Below are positions 17,860-27,615 of a stretch of 64,000 bases of DNA, one piece after another. The stretch is from an uncultured delta proteobacterium (GTDB taxonomy: Bacteria > Desulfobacterota > Desulfomonilia > UBA1062). Positions within the stretch are counted from its first letter, which is position 1. Each line of letters opens with the position of its first letter. Location of the stretch: assembly GCA_963752595.1 (NCBI GenBank), contig CAVVYZ010000006.1:1-64000 (forward strand), read 5' to 3'. The notes beneath the pieces are model-generated. The model did no database searches. It saw only the letters and a program-made list of their open reading frames with translations, and was not told the DNA's origin. Position numbers and translations under genes: made by a program.

Positions 17860-19953
17860 TCATGTATTTAATAAGCCAAGGTATTTTATCCATTTGAGGG
17901 TATTATCGAGCCCTTTATCAACGTGTGTGTCAGGGCAGTAGCTCAGGGTATTTCTTGCGAGGGTGTCTGAGTACAGTACGTTTCTGGTAAAGAGTTTCAG
18001 TTCATCTGGAGCCGGGGTTGTTTTGACTGCATGTTCGAGCTTGCGCATCATTGCGTCGACGAAATCGATCGTTTCTGCAACCTTTTTCACCGGCTTCAGG
18101 AAATATCTCTTTACAAAACCGCCCAGCACCCTCACCGGCTCCATGATGTAGGTCGTTGCATCGGCTCTGCTGCTCCTGATAGTCTTGAGCGGGGGAAGGT
18201 TCATGGCATTGTTCAGCCGCGTAAAGTATTCATTCCACGAGATCACTTCAGGGCCGTTTATATTGAATGCCCTTCCAAGAGCTTCCTCTTTGTCGAGGGC
18301 GTTCATGATCGTTTTTACCAGGTCGTCCACATACACGAGGTTGCATTTTCCATCCCCATACTTCTCATAGATGCCCCATTCCCGCGCAAGGAACATGGCA
18401 GCAAAACGTAAGCACCAGTTATTGCTGTAAGGCCCGTATACTATGGAAGGCCTGAAGACCGTTATCGGCAGGCCTTTTCCGTGATATTCCCAGCAAACCT
18501 TCTCTGCATCGATCTTCATCCGGTTATACTGGTTGCCGGTGTAATGAAACGGATACCCCTCATCGATGATACCCGCAACATCGCCGTATACATCTGCGGT
18601 GCTGAGATGGATGAAATGCTTGATCCCCTTATTGAGAGAGGCCTCCAGGAGGTTCCTGGTGCCTTCTACGGTCACCTCGGGAGTGCCTTTTGCACAGTGA
18701 ACCACATGGGTAATGCCGTCCAGGGCGGCATTGATCCCGCCCTTATCCATGATATCAAGGTCAACGATATTCACGGGCAGCCTACCCAACCGGGCCGCTC
18801 CGGACCACTGCCTGAGCCCTGCAGTGACGGAATACTGCTTGTTTTGCGCAAGATGAGCCATCTCGGCAATCCGGCCGCCGATGAACCCCGTTGCACCCGT
18901 TACCAGGATATTTCTTTCCGCCTTTAAGCCTTTTTTTGCCTTTCCGTTGGGTGTTATCCTGATATTCCTGTCCCAGGGCATGTCGAACCTCTTCCTCTTT
19001 TCATAGCACTCGTGGATGAAATCAAGAGAAGCAAGGACCTCTCTGCCGCTGACGAGCGGCTCCTGTATGCCCTTGAGGACCTGGACGAAGTTATCGAAAA
19101 CCGGCTGCACAAAGCCGGGATAATTTTTTGAAGGGCTCTTGATCTTCTGCTCATAGGTTTGGTTCGTTCCGCTCCTTATGGCAAACCTAGTCCACTCGAA
19201 GATCTTTCCTTCTATGGTCCCCCTCTCACAGACGACACGATAAGTGTTTTTCAGGTCGCACAGTCTGTTCAAAGTGACTGCTGCGGCACATCCGCCTTTT
19301 TCTGCCCGTATCTTTACGACTGACTCAGGACCTCCATAGGAATCATCGAGATATTCGATAAGGTCAGGCTTTTCGCCGATCCACCAGCAGAGGGTATCGA
19401 TGACGTGAGAACCAAGGTCGAGCAATATGCCTTTTGACGAAACCTTCGGATTTACATAAAAGCCCGTAGGGCTCGGCCATCCGAAGGTGCTCCCTTCCTG
19501 ATAATCGATCTCCAGGATCCTGCCGAGCCGGCCTGATTCAACTATTTCCTTCACTTTCCGGAAATTCGGGAACATCCTCCTCGTATTGTTGACGCAGAGG
19601 GCAGCCTTGTTCTTTTCTGCAGTTTCCACCAATTCCCTGGCTTCACCGGGCAGGACGGCCAGAGGCTTTTCGCAAAGCACAGGCACTCCTGCCTGCAAAA
19701 AATCCATTGACACCGGGTGGTGCAGACAATGTGGAAGGAGCACGACAGCGCCGTTTACCTGAGCAATGACATCACGGTAGTTGTCGCTTACCTGCCCGCC
19801 GTTCAATTCCTTCCGGAGCATCTCGGCATTGCCGATATTCGTATCTACAAAGAACAGTCCTTCCGTGAGTTCGGGGTGGCTTTTCAAGGCCGGCACATAA
19901 TACCTCCGGGCGACAGTCCCGCAGCCGATAAGTGCAATCTTCGGTAAGATCAT
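17860..19953 (-). CDS. Gfo/Idh/MocA oxidoreductase fused to NAD-dependent epimerase/dehydratase
   Basis: IGCGTVA, LCEKPLA, DLGSH in N-half; ILVTGATGFIGG, YNRMK, RPSIVYGP in C-half; 697 aa continuous. Confidence 0.9.
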   Translation of the reverse strand: MILPKIALIGCGTVARRYYVPALKSHPELTEGLFFVDTNIGNAEMLRKELNGGQVSDNYRDVIAQVNGAVVLLPHCLHHPVSMDFLQAGVPVLCEKPLAVLPGEARELVETAEKNKAALCVNNTRRMFPNFRKVKEIVESGRLGRILEIDYQEGSTFGWPSPTGFYVNPKVSSKGILLDLGSHVIDTLCWWIGEKPDLIEYLDDSYGGPESVVKIRAEKGGCAAAVTLNRLCDLKNTYRVVCERGTIEGKIFEWTRFAIRSGTNQTYEQKIKSPSKNYPGFVQPVFDNFVQVLKGIQEPLVSGREVLASLDFIHECYEKRKRFDMPWDRNIRITPNGKAKKGLKAERNILVTGATGFIGGRIAEMAHLAQNKQYSVTAGLRQWSGAARLGRLPVNIVDLDIMDKGGINAALDGITHVVHCAKGTPEVTVEGTRNLLEASLNKGIKHFIHLSTADVYGDVAGIIDEGYPFHYTGNQYNRMKIDAEKVCWEYHGKGLPITVFRPSIVYGPYSNNWCLRFAAMFLAREWGIYEKYGDGKCNLVYVDDLVKTIMNALDKEEALGRAFNINGPEVISWNEYFTRLNNAMNLPPLKTIRSSRADATTYIMEPVRVLGGFVKRYFLKPVKKVAETIDFVDAMMRKLEHAVKTTPAPDELKLFTRNVLYSDTLARNTLSYCPDTHVDKGLDNTLKWIKYLGLLNT

Positions 19954-20017
19954 TGGAATCCTTTCTTTCTTGAGAGATATTTTTATAACAAAAAAGAATT
20001 GTACTGGTTTTTGATAA

Positions 20018-21143
20018 TCAGGAGAGCAAGGACAGATAGAGGGCTTCTGTCTTTTTTACCATCAGACCGGCTGAAAACCTTTCCCCTACGAGCTTTCTCC
20101 CTTCATCAGCCATGATCCGGGCATGTTCGGGCATGGTAGCGATATCCCTCATTCTCACGGCCATGGCATCGACATCGCCGGGAGGGATCAGGTATCCTGT
20201 TATACCATCTTGTATGAGCAAGGGGATGTCGCCAACCGAGGTGGCGATGATTGGAATGCCGCAGGCCATTGCCTCTAACATCACATAGGGCAGCCCTTCG
20301 GTAAAAGACGGGATAACCAGACAGTCAATATTCCGATAGAGTTCTTTGATGTTCTTCCTCACCCCGCAGAAAAACATCCTTTCCTGAATATCCAGCATGC
20401 GTATCAGCCCAAGGATGTTCTCTTTTTCAGGCCCATCTCCTGCAATCACTCCGAAATTGCCGGGAAACTCAAAGAAGAGGTTTGCAAATGCATTGAGAAA
20501 GACCGCGTGGCCCTTATCCGGGAAGAGCCTGCCTACTACGGCAAAGATCTTTTTGTCCGGAGCCTTGGCAACCGGCAGCGAGCGGTTCGGGACCATGATA
20601 ATGTGTGTTCAATAGATCCGCATCGAACCCGTTCTGAATAAGCTCGATCCTGTCGCGTCTTAAACCCTTGCCCGACAGCTCAGCGAGCAGGTCTTTTGAT
20701 ACGGCAATGACCTTATCACAAGAGCGGTACACCCCATGTTCGTCAAGGTAGAGGTAAATCCTCTTCATCAGCGAATCCTTTGTCGATCCGTGTGCCGTGG
20801 CAATCCTCTTTACCCCGAGATTAAGGGTGGCCAGGAGCCCATAGAAATCCGATTTGAAGTCATGGGTATGGATGAGGGAAACGTCATGCGACCGTATGAA
20901 TTGCCGGATGCTCATCACGGCACGGACATCAAACCTGCCGTTGACATCTATGGGCTCGACTTCAAAGCCCATGTTCCGGGCAAGATCGATGAGGGGCTCG
21001 CTCCTTCCATCCGGCCTTCGCATGCAGAGCAGGGAGAAATCGAACAGGCCGGGGTTTAAATTCTTCCCCAGGGTCATGATCACGCGCTCACTGCCGAAAA
21101 TACCGCTGCTGTCGCGTATATGGAGGATTCGATGCCTTTTCAT
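20018..21143 (-). CDS. Glycosyltransferase family 4 (one frameshift near 20590)
   Basis: IFGSER, IHTHDFKSD, VGRLFPDKG, EGLPYVMLEAMACG. Confidence 0.9.
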
Positions 21144-21164
21144 TGAAGTCGGTGAAAGGTAGAT

Positions 21165-22136
21165 CTATCGTACCATTTCAGACAAAAGCTTTAGGAGAAT
21201 GGCTTTCCTCTGCTCCCACTCAGCCTGCCTTTCCATTTTGAGCTCTCTGGCTTCTTTTTCCAGGAAAGGCTTATTTTCGATGAGCATTATTAGCGAACGG
21301 TGGATGCCTTCCACGGTGTGGGGGGTATAGACGACTCCTCTGTTGAAATAATCCCTCAATGCCCGGGTATCCGAGAGTATCTGGGGCTTTTCGACCGCGA
21401 CTGTCTCATATGCACCGCACACAAGGCAGTTCTCTCGGCTTGTAAGGTCAATGGTTGCGTCCACGGAGTTGAGCATGTCTACATACAGGTCTTCCGAGAT
21501 GTACCCCATCAGGGTAACATTGGAAGGCACCTGCACAGGGTCTATATTCTTTTTACGATAATTCCCGGTGACATAGATGTGGACCCCGGAATCAAGCTTT
21601 TCTGCCGCCTCAAAAACCAGACCATACGGCTCGTCCTGCGCATATGAGCAGATGAAAAGGACGTTGTATCTGCCTTCAAGAGGTATCGGGGGCCGGCGCT
21701 GGATATCGGGTATCCTGTCCTGGAGAACGAAAGCCCTGCCGCCGTTGGCCTCCACGTGTCTCTGCAGCTGCTCATTCGTAACCAGAGTTAGGTCAGCCCC
21801 GGCCTGGACGTATCTGCTCAAACTCCCAAGCACGGGTGATTTGCCCTCTCTGGGGAAGAGTCCCACATTGTGGGCATCAACACAGACCCTGAAACCTGAT
21901 GCCTTCTTGACCGTTACGAGAAAGGACGAGAGGATGAGTGAAGGGTTCTGGCAGAACACCAGGGAAGGTTTTTCCTTAAGCAGTGCCCTGCTTGTCCGCA
22001 TGAGGCCTCTCGAATATTTCTTTACGGGGTTCTTTATGTCATCGACCTCTTTGAACTCGAACAGCTTTATGCCGAGAGCCTTGCTGAGCTCCCGGTTCCT
22101 CCTTTGATTCTCCCAGGTGAACCACACGGCATTCAC
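21165..22136 (-). CDS. GT-B fold glycosyltransferase
   Basis: WENQRR, CQNPS, DAHN, SYAQDEP, LVCGAYE..PQILSD. Confidence 0.75.
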   Translation of the reverse strand: MNAVWFTWENQRRNRELSKALGIKLFEFKEVDDIKNPVKKYSRGLMRTSRALLKEKPSLVFCQNPSLILSSFLVTVKKASGFRVCVDAHNVGLFPREGKSPVLGSLSRYVQAGADLTLVTNEQLQRHVEANGGRAFVLQDRIPDIQRRPPIPLEGRYNVLFICSYAQDEPYGLVFEAAEKLDSGVHIYVTGNYRKKNIDPVQVPSNVTLMGYISEDLYVDMLNSVDATIDLTSRENCLVCGAYETVAVEKPQILSDTRALRDYFNRGVVYTPHTVEGIHRSLIMLIENKPFLEKEARELKMERQAEWEQRKAILLKLLSEMVR

Positions 22137-23293
22137 AAGTCGCTACCCAGGAGGGAATCATAATAGGCTTCATAATCACGGATAACCTTTTCCCACCCGA
22201 ATCTCTCTGAAATCATTCTTTTCCCGCTTTCCCCCATATTTTTTCTCAAATGTGGATCTTTCAGCAGCCGGCACAGCTTATCAGCCATGGATTGATAATC
22301 CTCATTGGGGACGAGGAAGCCGTTCACCCCGTCACGGATCAGCTCTTTGTTCCCGCCGACGGCTGTAGCCACAACAGGCATGCCGGTTGCCATATACTCG
22401 AGAATGGAATTGGACAGGCCTTCGGATTCCGAGGATAAAACACCTATGTCCCAGTGCTTGATGCAATTCGGGATATCTTTTACTGCGCCCAAGAACAGGA
22501 TGCGTTCGGACATGTGCGATGCATCGCTGAGCTCGGCCAGCTCTTGCTTGAGATACCCTTCCCCGACAATGCAGAAAAACACATTGGGAATGGCTTTGAG
22601 GACCTCTGCTGCGGCACGGATGAACACATCGACCCGTTTGACGCGCCTGCTGAAATTTGCCGATATGCCTATGCAGTAGTTCTTCTGCCTGTCAAACAGA
22701 TCGACTGTATCATTTCGCGGCGAACTGTTTCCATTGAACCGGGACTTATCGATCCCGTTGTAAATGACTGAAATTTTATCCGGATGCACCCATTCGTCAC
22801 GTGCCACCTGCTGTTTGACTGCATGGGAATTCACGAGGAAATGATCGACAAATCTATTTAATGCCCTGATAATAATGACCAATTGCCGGTTGTGCCAGAA
22901 TCCCAGATCTCTCCTGCAGCACACGATCTTCTTTACCCCGGCAAGTTTTCCGGCAGCGACCCCGATGATTTGGGCATCCACGAAATATGTCTGTACGATA
23001 TCTATTCTGTTTTCTTTGAAAAACTTCGCCAGCTTTATCGTCCTGCCCGCGCACTCCGTACTCATGAGAGACTGGATGTCGCATTGATAATAATTGAGAT
23101 GGGTGGAATAATCCTCCCGGTTTCCCGTAGAGAAATGTACATAGGCATCGGGCGGCTTGAGGCATACGAGATGCTTATCGAAGCGGTTCTCGTCCAGCAG
23201 CGACATGAGGCTCAGCAGCTGCTTTTCCGTGCCGCCTATGGAGTTGATGGTGTCGATAACGAACGCGATTCCTATTTTTTTACTCATAGACAT
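22133..23293 (-). CDS. Glycosyltransferase family 4
   Basis: GGTEKQL, RRDLG, VIYNGID, SEGLSNSILEYMATG; start codon uncertain. Confidence 0.9.
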   Translation of the reverse strand: MSMSKKIGIAFVIDTINSIGGTEKQLLSLMSLLDENRFDKHLVCLKPPDAYVHFSTGNREDYSTHLNYYQCDIQSLMSTECAGRTIKLAKFFKENRIDIVQTYFVDAQIIGVAAGKLAGVKKIVCCRRDLGFWHNRQLVIIIRALNRFVDHFLVNSHAVKQQVARDEWVHPDKISVIYNGIDKSRFNGNSSPRNDTVDLFDRQKNYCIGISANFSRRVKRVDVFIRAAAEVLKAIPNVFFCIVGEGYLKQELAELSDASHMSERILFLGAVKDIPNCIKHWDIGVLSSESEGLSNSILEYMATGMPVVATAVGGNKELIRDGVNGFLVPNEDYQSMADKLCRLLKDPHLRKNMGESGKRMISERFGWEKVIRDYEAYYDSLLGSDL

Positions 23294-23312
23294 CCCTGCT
23301 TGAGATTTCGGT

Positions 23313-24659
23313 TCAGACGTTACAGATCGCAAACCGGTATTTCCCGGAGGATTCCTGCTCGACCCGCTCTACGAATTCAAATTCCATTGATGAGTTCGGA
23401 AATATTTTCATGAATTCCCGTTTCAGGGCACGAACTGCCTTTTCCTCGGTAAAGCCTTCATTCATGACTATATTGAAAGTGAATCTGTTGATCTCGTTCT
23501 GGATAATCTGCATTTGCATGATAGCCGGGTTTTTGGTTAATACCCTCTCGATCAGCGAGACGCCTGCAACCTTGCTGCCGTTCTCTCTTATGAGGAAGTC
23601 GGCTGTTCTCCCACTGATCTTTTCCATGAGGGGCAGCCCTCTTCCACATTCGCAGAGCCGGTCTGTGGGGACGCCGACATCACCCACCTCATAACGGATA
23701 AACGGCATTCCGTAATTCGATAAGTCGGTCAGAACTATCCTTCCTTCCTCACCCGGGAGCGCAGGATGGCCGTTTGCCTTGATAAACTCGATGAAGAGAT
23801 GATCGATATTCAAGTGCATCCCGTTATGGCACTCGCATTCAGATGAAATGAGACCCACCTCTTCACAGCCGTATCTGTCGAAAACCTTCTGCCGGAAGAC
23901 TTCTTCAATAAGAAGCCGCTCATTGTCCATCAACATCATGGATGTTGAGACGATTCCCGCCGGGGTTCCGACAAAGATCTTTTCTTTTGAGAGTAAGTCG
24001 GCAAGGAGGTAGAGCGAATGGGAATGGCCGAAAAGGATATACCCTTCATAATTGTTAATTTTATTTACAAATTCCAAGATGCTGGGGGTATCCATATTTA
24101 TGGTGTCCAGGTATGAAGTCCGTTTAAGAATATTCTGCCTGACCTTGCTTTTGAATGTCCCGGCTTTCGGAGGATTGCCCCACAGGGCACCTACCGGCAC
24201 ACCAAGGTCCCAATTGGCCCATCGATTATGTCTCCAGGCGCATGCATCCCGTTGATGAATGCATTCCTTATTCACGGAAAAGTGCAGCTGGGTTCCAGTC
24301 GAACCGCCTGTACTCGCCCGGATGAGATCTTTGCGGTGATAGCTCCTGGACACCATTTTCCCCGAATGCCTGATGATATCTCGTTTGGTTAAGACAGGGA
24401 CGCTTCGCAGATCATCGGCACTCGCCATTTGATAAGGATTGAAACCGGCCTTGTTGAAAACATCCTGGTAGTACTCTACGGTGTCATAGGAATGGATGAG
24501 TATGCTTTTTAATTTCTGCAGCTGGATAGTGCCAAGTGCCTCGCCCGTGAGCCATTGAGAGTTTTCCAGTTCTTTTAACGTACTTAATAATCTGCTCTTT
24601 TCCTTTATCGAATAAATGGGGGCAACAATATATCGAGAGATTGGCCTCAATAAATCCAT
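23313..24659 (-). CDS. Phenylacetate-CoA ligase family (CapK-like) adenylate-forming enzyme
   Basis: STGGSTG, DRYGCEE, MPFIRYEVGD, CECGRGLP, GRTAD, SSGKYR. Confidence 0.9.
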   Translation of the reverse strand: MDLLRPISRYIVAPIYSIKEKSRLLSTLKELENSQWLTGEALGTIQLQKLKSILIHSYDTVEYYQDVFNKAGFNPYQMASADDLRSVPVLTKRDIIRHSGKMVSRSYHRKDLIRASTGGSTGTQLHFSVNKECIHQRDACAWRHNRWANWDLGVPVGALWGNPPKAGTFKSKVRQNILKRTSYLDTINMDTPSILEFVNKINNYEGYILFGHSHSLYLLADLLSKEKIFVGTPAGIVSTSMMLMDNERLLIEEVFRQKVFDRYGCEEVGLISSECECHNGMHLNIDHLFIEFIKANGHPALPGEEGRIVLTDLSNYGMPFIRYEVGDVGVPTDRLCECGRGLPLMEKISGRTADFLIRENGSKVAGVSLIERVLTKNPAIMQMQIIQNEINRFTFNIVMNEGFTEEKAVRALKREFMKIFPNSSMEFEFVERVEQESSGKYRFAICNV

Positions 24660-24668
24660 ACCACTCTC

Positions 24669-25262
24669 CTAATGTGTCTTCTTTGTACTCAATCCTGCTT
24701 GTTTTACTCCTCCTGAAATATGTACCGTGTTGAAAATCCTCGACCGGTAAAAAGATAATGACCCCACGAAGGTACCGCCGATTTTTGCATAATTGTGAAG
24801 CTGCACTTCGTTTGTGCTGTTCGTCGCACGAAAAGCTACTGTATAGTTATTCGATAATAATCTGGCATTTACCGATTGCTCCAGGTATTTGCCGATGCAG
24901 AGGCCCCGGTGTGAAGGAATGACAAACAGCTTGAAGGGGTATCCTGCATATTCCGGCAGTACAAAATCAACTTTCTTTGAACCGACAACCGACATTTCGC
25001 GGGTACTGTAAAAGATATACCCGACAAGTTTCCTCTCAACCTGCGCTGCCAGAAGATTCCACGTTTTACTTGCAAGCTTGTCCTCCAAAGTTTCCCACGA
25101 GTAAGATTTCAGATCCATCCGGGGATCGTCATGCAGAGCTTTAACCTCTTCCAGTGAAGGCTCTCGTATGGAAAGGGGAACTCCGGTTTGAAAGCCTGTA
25201 GTAAGATTCTGCAACTGAAAGCTGTAGATAAAAACCCGCTGACAAAATACAAACCTGTTCAA
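24669..25262 (-). CDS. GNAT-family N-acetyltransferase
   Basis: LFVIPSHRGLCIG acetyl-CoA binding motif A; 197 aa. Confidence 0.7.
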   Translation of the reverse strand: MNRFVFCQRVFIYSFQLQNLTTGFQTGVPLSIREPSLEEVKALHDDPRMDLKSYSWETLEDKLASKTWNLLAAQVERKLVGYIFYSTREMSVVGSKKVDFVLPEYAGYPFKLFVIPSHRGLCIGKYLEQSVNARLLSNNYTVAFRATNSTNEVQLHNYAKIGGTFVGSLSFYRSRIFNTVHISGGVKQAGLSTKKTH

Positions 25263-25276
25263 ATTGCCCCTTGGGC

Positions 25277-26488
25277 TTAAAAGTCCCAGAATACCTTATC
25301 CCCGTCTCCAAAGGTAAAGAACCAGTTCTCACCCCTGCTCATGCCGTTGGATTCATCATATACACCCGGATGAAAGTACTTGAGGGCGTGAGGATTATCC
25401 CTTGCACGCAAAAAACCCCTTCTCTTGAGTATTTTGATAAACGGCAGCGAAGAACACAGGATCTCGACGGTATCGGGTTTTGACCTTTCAATATCCGCCA
25501 TGGCCCTCTCAAGCAGGCCCTCAAAGGCATCCGGACTTTCAGGAGAGCAGAGAAAATCGAACAAGGTTGCGATCTTTCTGCCGTTCTCGGCTTCCCGTGT
25601 CCTGAAAACCATATATCCTGTGAGGCCATCGCCCTGAAGGCTAATGAGTTTTTTAAACATCGAGGATGAATCATGGGCATATTTCCAGTTCAGCACCTTA
25701 CTCGTGCGAAACGCAATGAATGGAAACCGGGCACGTACAGAATGAAACAAGGTGTCAATCCGCTCATCAAAGCTGTCGACATACCGGACAGCATGTTCCC
25801 TTGTGCGTGTATTAAAACCGCTTACCCGGGGAAGCGTTCCTTCATTCCCGCGAAAGCCGGGGCTCATGAAATGCAAGGCAAGCCCTGACCTTGGTTTTCG
25901 AGTGGATGAAAGCCTGGAGATACCTCCGCTCATGGACAGCGTGGCCCAAAGATATCGTACGATCTTTTCGCCCGAGTACACCATTGAGATCAATCGGTTG
26001 CATCCCTTGATTGCAATGTTGTTCAGCCATTTGTATCGAATTCGTATAAGGTTGTTCACCGTATATATCTTTGCATAGGTGTACAGCCCGTCAACATGCT
26101 TCCATCCGCATTTTTTAAAAACCTTGCTGTTCGGTGCATTCATCCACACTGCGATCGAGAACTCAGGATGTTGCTCCATGACCGATCTGACGAGATCTGT
26201 CCCGAGCCCCCGCCCCCTTCTTTCCGGGGAGACCATGGTATCATGATAGATACAGCCCTGAACCGTCTGACCGGAAATGCTGAACTTAAACGGCATCATC
26301 CCTTCATAGGCTATAATGCCGTCTCCCTCTTCCAAAACCAGGTAATCATCATGGGTGCTGCTGAAAGGATTATGTCCGACCAGCCATTGAAAGCTTTTTG
26401 CTTTCCGATGAGCTGATCGGCCTGATCCCTGCTCGTTCCAGAATTCCTGAAAACGTAAAAGATCGCCATCCTGATATTTTCTGATCAT
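25277..26488 (-). CDS. GNAT-family N-acyltransferase (tandem GNAT)
   Basis: FQWL..NPF, DTMVSPERRGRGLG, LNWKY, WFFTFGDGD; start MIRKYQ. Confidence 0.8.
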   Translation of the reverse strand: MIRKYQDGDLLRFQEFWNEQGSGRSAHRKAKSFQWLVGHNPFSSTHDDYLVLEEGDGIIAYEGMMPFKFSISGQTVQGCIYHDTMVSPERRGRGLGTDLVRSVMEQHPEFSIAVWMNAPNSKVFKKCGWKHVDGLYTYAKIYTVNNLIRIRYKWLNNIAIKGCNRLISMVYSGEKIVRYLWATLSMSGGISRLSSTRKPRSGLALHFMSPGFRGNEGTLPRVSGFNTRTREHAVRYVDSFDERIDTLFHSVRARFPFIAFRTSKVLNWKYAHDSSSMFKKLISLQGDGLTGYMVFRTREAENGRKIATLFDFLCSPESPDAFEGLLERAMADIERSKPDTVEILCSSLPFIKILKRRGFLRARDNPHALKYFHPGVYDESNGMSRGENWFFTFGDGDKVFWDF

Positions 26489-26538
26489 GCGCCTGTTTCC
26501 GTAAGGGATTGTATCCACGGGTACTGAATAGTGCTTCG

Positions 26539-27615
26539 TCAACGGTTGAGTATGCGTTTGCCGAAGCTGGAGACTGATCGTTTTATCCAGATTATGTGAT
26601 GGACATTGGCAAGGAACTTGTGAAAGCTCATGTCTCCTTCGATGCCGTATCGGTGAAAGCACAGCGGATTCGTGTGGGAGTAGTTCGGTCCTCTCATCAT
26701 GGAGAAGGCGCTGCTTATGCCGTTTTGAGTTAATATCTTCTGTGACCGTTCTTCAAAATCGTCTTTTTCCCCATTCGGGTAGCTGAACAATGTGCAAGGC
26801 TTGCCAGTAATTACCTTGATGTGATCGATCGACGTTTTGATTTCATATTCTTTCTCTTCGTCAGGCAGAAGTCTCAGTATGGAATGCGTGTGGGTATGAG
26901 CGCCGAATTCGATGAGACCGCTTTTATGCATGGCCAACATGTCATTGCTGTTGAGAATGCGGTATGGGCTTTTCCTGTTCACCCTGACAGAATGCCTGTA
27001 GCCCAGAAGCGAGGTTATGTTTTCGACTTCCTGGACCAGCATGGTATGCGGCATTTTTTTTAAGATCGCTTGAACGTTCCGGCAGGCTTCCGCCCGTTCT
27101 CTCATACTTCTCAGTTCATATGTATTATGCATCCATACGAGATTCTTCTTCTTTGACTCGGAAAACGCCTTGTTCAGGGTGCAGTACCAGATGGTCCGGT
27201 CGCTGTCCACAAAACCGGTAACGGGAAAGATCGTAGCCGGCAGCCGTAGTTCTTTTAATATGGGGAAAACGACATCATAATTATTCTGAAACCCGTCATC
27301 GAACGTTAACGACAATATCGGCTGCTTGGTTTTCCTCTTGCTTCGTAAGATATCAACGGCATCTGAAAGGCGCACGGTAAGAAAGTTTTTTTTGATATAT
27401 AATAATTGCCGTATGATCGAATCCTTGAATACAAAACACCTGTCATGAATCGGCAATTGCTCCTCAGTCACTCCGTGATAGGTGACTACCGTATACGCCT
27501 TTCTGAAAAATGCTTTGTTAAGAAGCTGCGGTATTCCTTGTTCCGCAAGATTTTTAACAATTATTTCTATTACCGAATCATAGGGCTTAGGATTTTCTTT
27601 TGTTATATTTTCCAA
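26539..27615 (-). CDS. Polysaccharide deacetylase (CE4)
   Basis: TYHGV, LTFDDG, GAHTHTHSIL, FSYPNG. Confidence 0.9.
   Translation of the reverse strand: MENITKENPKPYDSVIEIIVKNLAEQGIPQLLNKAFFRKAYTVVTYHGVTEEQLPIHDRCFVFKDSIIRQLLYIKKNFLTVRLSDAVDILRSKRKTKQPILSLTFDDGFQNNYDVVFPILKELRLPATIFPVTGFVDSDRTIWYCTLNKAFSESKKKNLVWMHNTYELRSMRERAEACRNVQAILKKMPHTMLVQEVENITSLLGYRHSVRVNRKSPYRILNSNDMLAMHKSGLIEFGAHTHTHSILRLLPDEEKEYEIKTSIDHIKVITGKPCTLFSYPNGEKDDFEERSQKILTQNGISSAFSMMRGPNYSHTNPLCFHRYGIEGDMSFHKFLANVHHIIWIKRSVSSFGKRILNR

Noticed and set aside
17460-17871. ORFs containing PSPCPSP..GRG or SPRPLAGEG peptides (also 12690-12890 and the 17240 N-terminal extension)
   Set aside because: These are translations of the DNA repeat, not credible proteins; the DUF559 start is better placed at 17291
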